Origin: Paraspadella gotoi
Taxonomy: Eukaryota; Animalia; Chaetognatha
DNA: 64,000 nt
Assembly: GCA_051294375.1 (NCBI GenBank)
Contig: CM119268.1
Span: 19,598,625 to 19,662,624 of the forward strand
Reading direction: 5' to 3'
The notes beneath the pieces are model-generated. The model saw only the letters and a list, made by a program, of their open reading frames with translations, did not search any database and had not been told where the DNA came from. This document shows positions 25,596 through 38,544 of the stretch, in pieces. Each line of letters begins with the position of its first letter. Positions within the stretch are counted from its first letter, which is position 1. Made by a program: the position numbers and the translations under genes.

Positions 25596-27487
25596 TCTCT
25601 TTTATGCAATTGCGTCGATCCTTATGCTTTTAAGATTTTTTTTAACTTGCATCATTTTTTCAACTTGAATAATTTTTTCAACTTGCATTCCGTCAAAATT
25701 TTATATCTTGCTTCTTCACTCACTTTCCTACCGGCTCACAAAATTTCATCTCAATCTATCATGGGTTAAAATAAATAAAAAGATTCAAGTAAATGTGACC
25801 CATATTTTTTTTATTTAAACTCATTTCCACTGGTACGTTTCCACCGAAACTTTATATCAAGCTTCGTCACACATTTTCCTACCCACACACAAAATTTCAA
25901 CTCAATCTATCCATCCAATTATGATTAATTAGAGTATTTATTGGTTAAAATAAGTAAAAAGATTTTAGTAAATGCGACTTATGTTTTTTCCATTTAAAGT
26001 AATTTCCACTCACACTCCAGCTTTATCACACACTTTCCTACCCACACACAAAATTTAATTCCAATCCAACCAGCCAATCACGAGTTATTGGAGCTTTTTG
26101 CTAAGGTGGGACGGATGGACGGATTGATTGACTAATTAATTAATTATTGAATAATTTATTTACTAATTGATTAATTAACTGATTAATTATTTGATTTATT
26201 AATACATCCTGCATATACATTTAATATAAAAAGAAAAAGAAGCATAATCAATTAGTGAGACAGGTTTTTTGTTTTTTTCCATTTAAACTCATTTCCACTC
26301 AAACTATTCCATCGAAACTTGATTTCCTGTTCAATCACACACTTTCCTACCTACATACAAAATTCCAGGTCAATCAGCCCGTCCGTCTGTCCGTCCGTCA
26401 CACCTTAGCAAAAAACACCAATTACTTGTGATTGGATGAATGGATTTGAATGAAATTCTTTGTGTGGGTAGGGAAGTGTGTCATTGAGCTGGATATAAAG
26501 TTTCGATGGAATCGTCCGAGTGGAAATGAGTTTAAATGGAAAAAACAAAAAAATATAATTCACTATTTGAACACTAATTGCTCATGAGTGGATGGGGCGA
26601 TTGACCTGGAATTTTGTATGTGAGTAGGAAAGTGTGTGATTGAACAGGAATCCAAGTTTCGATGGAATCGTTTGAGTGGAAATGAGTTTAAATGGAAAAA
26701 AACAAAACACCTGTTTCACTAATTGATTATGATTTTATTTCCTTTTATATTAAATGTATATGCAGGATGTATTATTAAATCAAATAATTAATTAGTTAAT
26801 TAATCAATTAGTCAATTAATTAATCACTAATTAATTAATCAGTCAATCAATCCGTCCATCCGTCCCACCTTAGCAAAAAGCCCCAATAACTCGTGATTGG
26901 CTGGTTGGATCGGAATGAAATTTTGTGTATGGGTAGGAACATGTGTGATGAAGCTGGATATAAAGTTTCTACAGAATCGTGTGAGTGGATATGAGTTTAA
27001 ATGGAAAAAAACATGTCGCATTTACTAAAATCTTTTTACTTATTTTAACCAATAAATACTCTAATTAATCATAATTGGATGGATAGATTGAGTTCAAATT
27101 TTGTGTGTTGGTAGGAAAATGTGTGACGAAGCTTGATATAAAGTTTCGGTACAAGTGGAAATGAGTTTAAATGAAAAAAATATGAGTCACATTTACTTGA
27201 CTCTTTTTACTTATTTTAACCCATAATAGATTGAGATGAAATTTTGTGAGCGGGAAGGAAAGTTTGTGAAGAAGCTAGATATAAAGTTTTGACGGAATTG
27301 TGCCAGTGGAAATGAGTTTAAATGAAAAAAATATAAGTCACATTTACTTTATTTTAAGGACATCGATGATGATAAGCTGTATATAAATTTATAATTAATT
27401 ATATATTACAAATAATTAATTAATAAATTAATCGATTAATTAATTAATTAATTAATTTTTGTAGGCATTGTTTGATCAAACTTGTTT
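24106..27487. mobile_element. Cluster of HINE family A copies (24106-24660 +, 24773-26380 -, 26381-27487 +)
   Basis: Shared termini and internal units in alternating orientation. Confidence 0.75.
24893..25445. mobile_element. Solo-LTR-like element (TGT...ACA, 5-bp TSD) nested in a HINE, with an internal inverted duplication
   Basis: TSD ATGTC at 24888-24892 and 25446-25450; removing the insert restores the host sequence catcgatgtccttaaaattgag, whose reverse complement is seen at about 56323-56342. Confidence 0.8.
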
Positions 27488-28029
27488 ATTTGTTAACAAA
27501 CTAGACAAAGTGCTGATACCAAAACAAAGTCAAATAATTTTACTCTTCAACTCATGTGGGTGAAAAAAACCTCTCAAAGACTCACCCGAAATAGAGATTT
27601 GCTTATAACTTGAGAAAGAATAATTTTTGGAAACTGTTATCTTACATAAGACTTCGTAGCATTACTATGGAAATACTGAATATGTATTTATGCCCGTATG
27701 TTCCAGTGGCTTTTATCAGGTTTTAATTTTTTTTTTTGGATCACTGCGGGTGGGGGAGATTCTATGAGCGCGTTTTTGGAAAAATGTTTTCCGTTTCAAA
27801 GATATCAAGGAATTAATCACAAAAATTGACTAAAATAATCAAATTTTCGATGAAGGAAGGCAAATTTTGAAAGTATCTTTTCATAGAATTGGAGTTTGTG
27901 ACCTAAAGGTAATTCATACCAAATCTTATGAGAAACCGCATTACTGTTTGGGCTGCAACTCTTCAAATAGGTTTCTTTTATTTTATATATTACCAAAAAA
28001 AATCGAAAAAACAATGACGCCTTTGAAAA

Positions 28030-28151
28030 AATAGTAAAGTTAATACATTTTCATAATCGACAGGAGCTCTCCTTCCGAAATCCGAGCTCGGTTTTAGCCT
28101 AATTATAACTTGAATTGAGTGATCCCGGACCTTAACATTTGAATTATCAAT
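28030..28151 (-). CDS. Candidate next exon continuing the Ig-like domain (3' boundary uncertain, probable 1-nt indel)
   Basis: TTTCAG acceptor at 28157-28152; splicing gives ..GNT-LII, and one extra T gives SNVKVRD, matching the Ig E-strand LxIxNVxxxD pattern; no clear YxC seen. Confidence 0.4.
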
Positions 28152-28347
28152 CTGAAACACGTCATTTTTTTTCCAGATGACAACAACAACGAAGACGACG
28201 ACACTGACGAAGACTACGACCATCATATCGTGATATTAATATAACTAATTAAAGTAATTAAAAGTAATTAAAAACTTTAACTCAAACAGCATCTCATTCA
28301 ATGTCATCAAACATCCCTCTCCCCCATTCCATTCCCTCCAAACTCAC

Positions 28348-30971
28348 GTGTTCCCGATCTCCCTCAGTCCGTATTTGGAGACGTCGACGGAATTGTCGAT
28401 GGGCGATCCTCCAATGGAGAGCACCTTCGACTCCGGGTTGTTGTCCGTGTGGAAGATCCAAATCGCCGGCTCCGGAGAGACGCACTCCAGCGGCACCGTC
28501 GACCCCACTAGCGCCGCCACCATCCGCGACCGACTCGAGGATCCTTTGGCCGCTTTTAGGGAAGAAGTGACGTCGCGAGCGGGTCGCTGGAGCGGCTGTT
28601 GGAGCTGGGGAGAGCTTTGATGAAGCCGTTCGAGGCGCCGGTGCGAACGGCGATGATCGGCGTCGAAATATCGGCGCCGGAGGTCGGCGTCTGCGGCGTC
28701 GCGAGCGGAAATGGCGCCGGTAGAGACCGTCGGTGGCGCCGACGAAGCCGAGGCGCCGACGAAAAGGGAGATGATGATGAGGAGGAGTAGCGGCGAGAGG
28801 AACGGCGAGAGGAGCGATGGTAATTTACATCCGGGCGAAGGGCGTTTGTTGACAGAGGAAGGAAGGGAGGAAGAAGGGGAAAGAAAAAGCGACGGAGGAG
28901 AGGAAAGAAATCTGGAGACCGAAAGAAAAAAATGAGAGGACATTTGGGAGAAAACGCGAATCGAAAAAAATGGAAAGGAGGAAGGAAGGGATAAAAATCG
29001 AGAAGGGACGGATAAAATGAAAGAGGGGACGGATAAAAACGAGAGGAGAAGAGATAAGAAAAAGAAAAGGGGAGATAAAAAAGAGAGAAGAGGGAGGAGG
29101 AGGAGGAGGAGGAGGAGGTAAGATAAAAAATGAAGAAAAGAAGAGGAAAAGGAAAAACTGGTTAATCTTTTAAACCCGTCGAGGTTCTGTGACAACATAC
29201 AGGAGGAGGAGGAGGAGGAGGAGGAGGAGGAGTGCAATGGATCCTTTGACGACGCTGAAAGGGCGGAAGTGATCGATGCCGAGACGAAGGGGGAGAAAAT
29301 TACAGTCGACGTCGCCGATTCAAATCCGCCAGTTGTTGTTGTTGTTAATGTTGTTGTTGTTGTTGTTGATGTCGCTCTTGATGGTGATGATTTTACTGAC
29401 GATGTTGTTGTTGGTGGTGTTTTCGTTGATGTTGATATTTTTAACGTCAAATCTGACGTCAACGATTCGATTTCGACGTAATCCGACGAAGATGTAATTT
29501 CCCCATTGACGATGGCGTCGCTAACGTCACTTCCGGTTTCTCCAAATCTGCCGACGGCGTCATTTTTGGCGGCGTCGATATTGCGGGCGTGGCCGGCGTC
29601 ATCAAAGTCTTCTCGTTCGGCGCCCTTTTCGTCTTTGGTCGACGGTAAACGCCTGAGGCGAAGAGGAGGCGCGCCGGAAAACGGAGATGGAGGCGGGAAG
29701 AAGAGGGGGGCGTGGTGGAGAGTTGCGAAATATGAGGAGGAGTTTGGGGTGAAAACGGAGGCGGCGTTCGAATCATCGATGGAAGGAAGAAGAAGGACGC
29801 GAGTCAAGATTTCGAGGGAGAGATGATCCTTGGAGATCGAAAGACAACGACAAGAACAACAACAACAATGACGAACCCAAAAATAGCCACAGCTACGACG
29901 GAGGCGAGTGGAGGAGGAGGAGGAGGAGGAGGAGGAGGAGAATGAAAAAAGAAGATTAACCAAAGAGATTGGGCCGTCGTCCAGGCCGCCATAATTCTTT
30001 TCGCCGCTGACGACGTCGACGATGACGACGACGACGGTGAAAGGTTTTCTTCGTCGGCATCGTCTCAGCGTGGTGTCGTCTTTGTCGTCGTCGTCTTCGT
30101 CGNNNNNNNNNNCGTCGTCGCTGAGACCTAATTTCGTCTTCCTTTGATCTTTCTTCCTATTTTCGCTGAGATTTTCCTCTTTGTGGCGAATCTTCGTCGT
30201 CGTCGTCGTCGTTGTCGTCGTCGTCGTCGTCCTTTTTGTCACAAGTAAAATCTTAGTTTTAATGAAATCCCCGCTGATCGTCCGAAATTCTACGAATCTG
30301 AAATCTGACTTTAAAGTCCAAATGAAACCATCAATGATGTGGTAGTTGCAAGAGTGGCTGTCGTCGTTGTATTTTTTGATGTTGAGGTTATTTTCGTCGA
30401 CGACCGATTGCAGACTCTGTGGATCTCCTTCGAGATCGGAGTTGGAAGATGTGGGAAGGAAGGATTGAGGTTGGGAGGTGGTTGAAGAATGGGTGGGTAG
30501 GGTGGTTTGATAGACTGTGGTGGTTGGAAAGTGGCAGGAAAAAAAGGTTGAAGGTTTTAATGTTATATCCCGCCAGTCCGCGATGGCGCTTACGTTGACG
30601 TCGACATCGCCGTTGACGTCATATTCGGCGTTCTCGTTGGCGTAGCTTTTGGCGTCGACGTTGGCGTAGAATTTGGCCTTGGCGTCGGAAAAAAATCCTC
30701 GTTTCCGGCGCCGACGACGCAGAAGGGAAATCCGTCGCCGGTGATTCATCCAAGTTTGAAAAGAGGAAAAGGACAACGACGACGAGGACGAAGAAGAAGA
30801 AGAAGAAGAAGAAGAAGAAGAAGAAGAAGAAGAAGAAGAAGAAGAAGAAGAAGAAGAAGAAGAAGAAGAAGAAGAAGAAGAAGAAAAAGAAGAGGAAGAA
30901 GAGGAAGAAGACGTCAACGATTTTATATCTTTTCGACATTTGTCGCCGAAATCCCTTCGTCGATCCTTCAT
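28348..30971 (-). CDS. Large exon of a secreted/cell-surface Ig-superfamily protein; low-complexity N-terminal region, start codon uncertain (nearest Met to the signal-like segment at 28943)
   Basis: Long ORF in GC-richer sequence; hydrophobic LLLLIIISLFVGASA; Ig pattern VAALVGSTVPLEC..AIWIF..KVLSIG..KYGL; ends at a consensus donor AC|GTGAGT (28347). Frame across the 10-N gap at 30103-30112 is not verifiable. Confidence 0.7.
30790..30910. repeat. (GAA)n trinucleotide tract (poly-Ser in the minus-strand ORF)
   Basis: Direct inspection. Confidence 0.95.
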
Positions 30972-31299
30972 TGTTTGTTTACTTTTTTTGTTTAGATCAG
31001 AATTTGTGACGAAGTAAAATAATTTTTCTTAGCAGCGTGAAAAAAAATCTGCACAAAAAAAAGAAAAAGGTTTAATTTTTTTTATAATTTGTTTTAAACA
31101 TAAAAATGATGAAAATATTTTTCTCCATCTTGTTTTTTTAAAATTTTACTCAATCTGTTTGCACAATAAAAATAAAAAGGCTTTTGCGAAAAGGTAAATA
31201 CGGAGAAAAAAAAGGAAAACAAAAAAAAAAGAAAACCATCAACGTCACCAACAGTAAAAAGGAAAACGACGGTGGACGACGCCCTTTGCAACGCGAGTT

Positions 31300-31780
31300 G
31301 AAACGGCGAATGGAAAGGCGAATGGAAAGGCGAATGGAATAGAGAAGGGAACGGCGAATGGAATAGAGAAGGGAACGCCGAATGGAATGGCAAATGGAAA
31401 GGGAAGAGCGAATGAAATGGGTAAAACAACAGCGAATAAAATAGCAAAGGGAATGGAAAATGGAATAGCGAAAAGAACGGCGAATGGAATAGGAATGGAA
31501 CGTCGAATAGAACTGCAAATGGAATAGGGAAGGGAACGGCGAATGGAACGGCGAATGGAATAGGGAAGGGAATGGCAAATGGAATAGAGAAGGGAACGGT
31601 GATTGGAATAGCGAATTGAACGGCGAATGGAATAGCGAAGTGAACGGCAAATGGAACGGTGAATGGAACGGCGAATGGAATAGGGAAGGGAATGGAAAAT
31701 GGAATAGAGAAGGGAATGGTGATTGGAATAGTGAATTGAACGGCGAATAGGATAGCGAAAGGAACGGAGAATGGAACGGC
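31300..31780. repeat. Purine-rich minisatellite (GAATGGAATAG / GAACGGC units)
   Basis: Direct inspection. Confidence 0.85.
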
Positions 31781-31789
31781 GACATATAA

Positions 31790-32287
31790 TTAAAAGAGAG
31801 AGAGAGAGAGAAGCTTGACAGCCGCTGGACAGCCGCTGGACAGCCGCTGCAGAGGTTTTTACACAGCTTTTTGTAAGGAAACCAAATCTGATCTTAAAAT
31901 TTTAAAATTTGCATTTTTAAATTTTAGTCTATTATATACTTATTAGTTATTACTATATATGAATATAGCTCACTGGTGCCCACAAATGTAAAAAATTAAT
32001 TAATTTTATGTTCATGTTTTATATGCTAAATTTTAATTTTATAAAATTTTAGAAGACAGCCGCTGCAGAGAAAAAGAGAGAGAGAAAGAGCGATATATAA
32101 TAATGTAAAAGAAGAGAGAGAGAGAGAAGCTCCACAGCCCCTTTACTCTGTTAAGAAATCAGCAGTACCTTTGGCGCCAGACGTAGCGTGAACTCTTCTC
32201 TAGCCAAGGACCCGGGTTCGCACCCTGTTCGCGGCATCGTTTTTTTACATTAGTGAGCCCTCATTATATCTAAAAAATTAAAAAAAA

Positions 32288-32320
<33 letters not shown>

Positions 32321-32669
32321 AGAGAAGCTGGACAGACGCTGCAGAGCCGGAACTCGTTTTTAGACAAATCAGCAGAAGCATGACGGAGAAAAAGAGAGAG
32401 GAGAGCGACATATATTTAAAAGAAAGAGAGAGAGAGAGAGAGCGACATATAATTAAAACCGTTTTTGTTTTGTAAATAAAACATAAACAAATACGAATAT
32501 TGATATGAAACATGAGAATTTTAAAGATCTTGATGATTAGAAGCCATATATAAAATTCAACTTCCTATGATATCACACTTTCAGAAGCCATGATTGCAAA
32601 AAAGCGTGACCGAAAGCTAACCGAATCAAAATCTAGCCAGGACGGCTTTGCCCGCCTGGCTCGATAAAA
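31790..32669 (-). mobile_element. HINE family B variant (related copy at about 41045-42212)
   Basis: Terminal hairpin GCCAGG-acggctttgcccg-CCTGGC next to TCGATAAAA; internal gcagagccggaactcgtttttagac blocks. Confidence 0.5.
32165..32236 (+). other. Degenerate tRNA-like/SINE-head sequence with a Pol III B box (second copy at about 41715-41790)
   Basis: TGGCGCCAGACGTAG A-box-like motif; CCGGGTTCGCACCCTG T-arm/B box; no intact acceptor stem. Confidence 0.4.
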
Positions 32670-33479
32670 GCCACTAGCTTCTTTTTCTATCGCGGCTTCC
32701 TAATCATATAAAATTCCGTGATTAAAGATAGAAATGGGTCGCTTTTCAAAAAAAGAGAGTCATTCTCTCTTTCCTTATTTTTTGAAAACATGGCGCCTTC
32801 CCTCCTTTTCCTTGGTCTTCCTTCTTCCTCCCTCCATCGGCCTCACCCCGTAAGACCCTTTCCCTTTTTTTTATTTAGTTTGTTCTTTTGTTTCGTTTGA
32901 CCATCATTAGGTCACTGACTCGAATTGGGCGTGGCTTTCTTCTGATGAGTCGAGGTCTCCCCCTAGCTGTCGTCGTCGTTGTCTTAAACTTTACCATCAT
33001 CGTCATTCGTCATCAAAATGAAGACTGGGAAATTGTCGTTATCGTTGTCATTGTCGTTGACATCGTCGTGAGTTTCATTAATGTCGTTAGCGTCTTTATA
33101 ACCTATCAATATAGTTAATGTCATTACCAGGTGAAGTTGTTACTATCTTTGCCGTTGCAATTTCATTATCGTCGTCAATAACAATTGTTCAATGTCTTCA
33201 ACATCATCAATGTGATCGTCGTCGATTGTCATCCATGTCGTCGTCTTATCGTCGTCGTCGTTATCGTTGTCGTCTTCTTCATCGTCGTCTTTTTTGTCGT
33301 CGTCGTCATAGTCGTCGTCATCTAACCGTCGTCTTTCATCATCGTCATCATCGTCGTCGTCCACATCGGACTTCGTCTTCATCGTCGTCGTCCACGTCGT
33401 CATCGTCGTCATCATCGTCGTCCTCATCGTCGAGGGAGAAGAGTTAATCAATGGACGAAAACGACGCTCGAGAGAAAGC

Positions 33480-34490
33480 AAGATAAAAGTAAAATAAGTG
33501 TGAATAAAAGTGAAGCCACAGGCTAAGGCGAGGTGAAAGCAAAAGCGAAGGCAAAAAGCAAAGGCAGAGGTGGATGCAAAGGCGAAGGCAAAGGTGAAGG
33601 CGAAGAAAAGGCGAAGGCAAAGGCGGAGGCAAAGGCGGAGGAAAGGCGAAAGCAAAAGTGAAGGCAAAAGCAATGGCGAAAGCCAAGGCGGATGCAAAGG
33701 CAAAGGCGGAGGCAAAGGCGGAGGAAAAGTCGAATGCAAAGGGAAAGGCAAAGGCGGATGTGAAGGCAAAAGCAAAGGCGGATGCGAAGGTAAAGGCAGA
33801 GGCGAAGGCGAAGGCAAACGCAGAGCAAGGTGAAGTCGGAGGCAAAGAAAAGTGGAGGTGATTCAAATACCTTTGGCCTTTTACCTTTGCTTTTGCATTT
33901 TCATTCGAATCCACCTCCGCCTCACCTTTTCTTTGCCTTCGCCTTGCCTCCGCCTTGCCTTCACATCTGCCTTTGCCTTTGCCTTCGCATCCAAATTTGC
34001 ATTTGCCTTTGCATTCAATTTTGCTCCACCTCTGTTTTTCGCTAATGCAGAGTCAAAGGTGGAGGAGAAGGTGAAAGCAAAAGGGAAGGTGAATGCAAAG
34101 GCGGAGGCGGTTGCAAAGGCGGAGGCAAATGCAAATGCAGAGGTAAAGGCAAAGGCAAATGTAAAAGCCAAAGGTAAAGGCAGATGTGAAGGCAAAAGCG
34201 GAGGCAAAGGCAAAGGCGATGCAAATGCAAAGGTGAAGGCAAAAGCAAAGGTGGAGCCAAAGGCGGAGGAGAATGTTAAAGTGAAAGAAAAGACTAAAGC
34301 AAAGGTGAATGTGAAGGCAAAGGAAAGGCAAATGTGCAAGCAAAGGCGGAGGCGAATGCGAAGGCAAAGGCGGAGGAAAAGGTGAGGCAAGGTGGAGGCG
34401 GTAAGAAGGCGAAGGCAAAGGTGAAAGCAAAGGCGGAATGCGAAGGCAAAGGCGAAGCGGAGGCAAAGGCAAAGGCGAAGGTGGAGTAGA
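33480..34490. repeat. Degenerate (GCAAAG)n hexamer array with an internal inverted block (33870-34035)
   Basis: Direct inspection; reads (AK)n / (FA)n. Confidence 0.88.
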
Positions 34491-34832
34491 GGCGATTGGT
34501 CAGTTCGATGAGCGAGTGAGTCAATCGGTGACCGCGTTAGTGGGTAGAAGCTGAGATTGGTCAATTGGTCAGGTAGAAAAAAGTCATCACATTTTTTAAC
34601 ATAAATTTTTAATTGAAAATATTATCGAGAATTTAAAACTTTTTTTTTTTGCTTGAAAAAATGTAAAATGATAGTTTTAATGTGTTTTTAGTCGGATCTG
34701 CTTATCAGCAGGTCGGGACTCTAATAATTCACTTTGTAGGTCCGTCGGTCCGCCCCTCAATATTGTCGGCACTAACTTATATCATTCAGAACATCGAATT
34801 ATGATAAATTATGCAAAAAAAGATGTCCGTCC

Positions 34833-34899
<67 letters not shown>

Positions 34900-35613
34900 C
34901 GTCCCACCTAGCAAAAACACCAATTACTCGTGATTGGATGGATGGATTTAAATGAAATTTTGTGTGTGGATAGGTAAGTGTGTGATTGAGCTGGATATGA
35001 AGTTTCGATGGAATCGTCCGAGTGGAAATGAGTTTAAATTTGAAAAAAAAATTATTACTATTTGAACACCAATTGCTCATGAGTGGATGGGCTGATTGAC
35101 CTGGAATTTTGTATGTGAGTAGGAAAGTGTGTGATTGAACAGGAAATAAGTTTCGATGGAATAGTTTGAGTGAAATGAGTTTAAATGGAAAAAACAAAAA
35201 ACCTGTTTTACTAATTGGATTATGCTTCTTTTTCCTTTTATATTAAATGTATATGCAGGATGTATTAATAAATCTGAAATCAATAATCAATTCATTACAT
35301 CATATAAATACAATTACATCAATCAATTAGTATTATCAATCAATTACTATTACATCATAATTCGTTATCGCATGATTCATTCGTTTTTTTTTAACGGGTT
35401 TTTTCATGTAATTTTCTTTGATAGTGGGCCTCTGGCTCGATCTTGAGTCTTTTAAGATTTTTTCTATATTTTTATATCGATAGATGTGGATTGACGGGAA
35501 TATGTTAATCTCAAGTTTCGCTCAAGTTCTCTCTCTTTTTCTCCGTCACTGGCTTCTTCTGATTTGTCTAAAAAACGAGTTCCCGGCTCTGCAGCGTCTG
35601 TCCAGCTTCTTGT

Positions 35614-35653
<40 letters not shown>

Positions 35654-35958
35654 CCAAAAAAAAAATTATATATATTTTATGGGCTCACCATGTTGAAGAC
35701 GAGGCCCGCGAGCAGTTCACCGTCCGTTTCTCCCTTTTTTTACCCATTTTTTTCTTTGCGTTTCTTGTGTGAATCAGCCGGAGCCGGAGCCATAGGAACA
35801 GCGTTTTTTGGACGAAGAACGGGGCTGTTCAGTAGAGTGATGCGAAAATGATNNNNNNNNNNNNNNNNNNNNNNNNNAGGGAGAAACGGACGGTGAACTG
35901 CTCGCGGCCTCGTCTTCTACATTGGTGAGCCCATAAAATATATATAATTTTTTTTTTG

Positions 35959-35997
<39 letters not shown>

Positions 35998-36412
35998 AGC
36001 TGGACAGACGCTGCAGAGCCGGAACTCGTTTTTTAGACAAATCAGAAGAAGCAGTGACGGAGAAAAAGAGAGAGAACTTGAGCGAAACTTGAGATTAACA
36101 ATATTCCCGTCAATCCACATCTATCGATATAAAAATATAAGAAAAAATCTTAAAAGACTCAAGATCGAGCCAGAGCCCACTATCAAAGAAAATTAATGAA
36201 AAAACCCGTTAAAAAAAAACGAATGAATCATGCGATAACGAATTATTGATGTAATAGTAATTGATTGAGGTAATACTAATTGATTGATGTAATAGTAATT
36301 TATTGATGTAATAGGAATTGATTATTGATTCGATAATAATCAATTATTGTTGCGATGATAGTCATTCACTGCTGTGATGATAGTCTGTATAAAATTGAAT
36401 AGTTTATATGTG

Positions 36413-36578
36413 TTTTTGTCGGATCTGCTTATCAGCAGGTCGGGACTCTATAATTCACTTTGTAGGTCCGTCGGTCCGCCCCCTCAATATTGTCGGGCAC
36501 TAACTTATATCATGTCAGAACATCGAATTATGATAAATTATGCAAAAAAAAGATGTCGTCCGTCCGTCTGTCTGTCTG

Positions 36579-36632
<54 letters not shown>

Positions 36633-37600
36633 CGTCCCACCTTAGCAAAAAAACCAATTACTCGTGATTGGATGGATGGATTTAAATGAAATTTTGTGTG
36701 TGGATAGGTAAGTGTGTGATTGAGCTGGATATGAAGTTTTCGATGGAATCGTCCGAGTGGGAAATGAGTTTAAATTTGAAAAAAAATTATATTCACTATT
36801 TGAACACCAATTGCTCATGAGTGGATGGGCTGATTGACCTGGAATTTTGTATGTGAGTAGGAAAGTGTGTGATTGAACAGGAAATCAAGTTTCGATGGAA
36901 TAGTTTGAGTGGAAATGAGTTTAAATGGAAAAAAACAAAAAAACCTGTTTTACTAATTGATTATGCTTCTTTCTTTTATATTAAATGTATATGCAGGATG
37001 TATTAATAAATCAAATTAATTAATCAGTTAATTAATCAATTTAGTAAATAATTAATCAATAATTAATTAATAGTCAATCAATCCTCCATCCGTCCCATCT
37101 TAGCAAAAAGCTCCAATAACTCGTGATTGGCTGGTTGGATTGGAATTAAATTTTGTGTGTGGGTTGGAAGTGTGTGATAAAGCTGGATATAAAGTTTCAT
37201 GGAATCGTGTGAGTGGAAATTAGTTTAAATGGAAAAAACATAAGTGCGAATTTACTAAAATTTTTTACTTATTTTAACCAATAAATACTCTAATTAATCA
37301 TAATTGGAATGGATAGATTGAGTAGAAATTTTTGTTGTGGGTAGGAAAATGTGAGACGAAGCTTGATATAAAGTTTTCAGTTGGAAACGTACCAGTGGAA
37401 ATGAGTTTAAAATGAAAAAAAATATGAGTCACATTTACTTGAATCTTTTTATTTATTTTAACCCATGATAGATTGAGATGAAATTTTGTGAGCCGGTAGG
37501 AAAGTGAGTGAAGAAGCTAGATATAAAGTTTTGACGGAATGCAAGTTTGAAAAAATTATGCAAGTTGAAAAAATGATGCAAGTTAAAAAAATCTTAAAAG
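36413..37600 (+). mobile_element. HINE family A copy (also at 34685-35290 and 39770-40900)
   Basis: 5' GTCGGATCTGCTTATCAGCAG, long (GTCT)n, internal units. Confidence 0.75.
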
Positions 37601-38544
37601 ACATTAAGGAATCGTCGCTATTGCATAAAAAGAGAGAGAGAGAGAGAGAGAGAAGAGAGTGAGAGAGAGAGAGAGAGTGACGAGAGAAAGAAGGATGAGA
37701 GAGAGAGAGAAGAGAGAGAGAAGAGACCATAAATTAAAAAATAGCTTCTTTTTCTATCGCGGCTTCCTAATCAATATAAAATTCCGTGATTAAAGAATAG
37801 AAATGGGTCGCTTTTCAAAAAAGAGAGTCATTCTCTCTTTCCTTATTTTTGAAAACATGGCGCCCTTCCCTCCTTTTCCTTGGTCTTCCTTCTCTTCCTC
37901 CCTCCATCGGCCTCACCCCGTTAAGACCCTTTCCCTTTTTTTTATTTAGTTTGTTCTTTTGTTTCGTTTGACCATCATTAGGTCACGTGACTCGAATTGG
38001 GCGTGGCTTTCTTCTGATGAGTCGAGGTCTCCCCCTAGCTGTCGTCGTCGTTGTCTTAATCTTTACCATCATCGTCATTCGTCATCAAAATGAAGACTGG
38101 GAAATTGTCGTTATCGTTGTCATTGTCGTTGACATCGTCGTGAGTTTCATTAATGTCGTTAGCGTCTTTATAACCATTATCAATATAGTTAATGTCATTA
38201 CCGGTGACGTTGTTACTATCTTTGCCGTTGTCAATTTCATTATCGTCGTCAATAACAATTGTCAATGTCTTCAACATCATCAATGTGATCGTCGTCGTTG
38301 TCATCCATGTCGTCGTCTTTATCGTCGTCGTCGTTATCGTTGTCGTCTTCTTCATCGTCGTCTTTTTTGTCGTCGTCGTCATAGTCGTCGTCATCTAACC
38401 GTCGTCTTTTCATCATCGTCATCATCGTCGTCGTCCACATCGACTTCGTCTTCATCGTCGTCGTCCACGTCGTCATCGTCGTCATCATCGTCGTCCTCAT
38501 CGTCGAGGGAGAAGAGTTAATCAATGGACGAAAACGACGTCGAG

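Noticed and set aside
32942-32970. CTGATGAGTC as a hammerhead core
   Set aside because: No closing stem II or GAAA downstream
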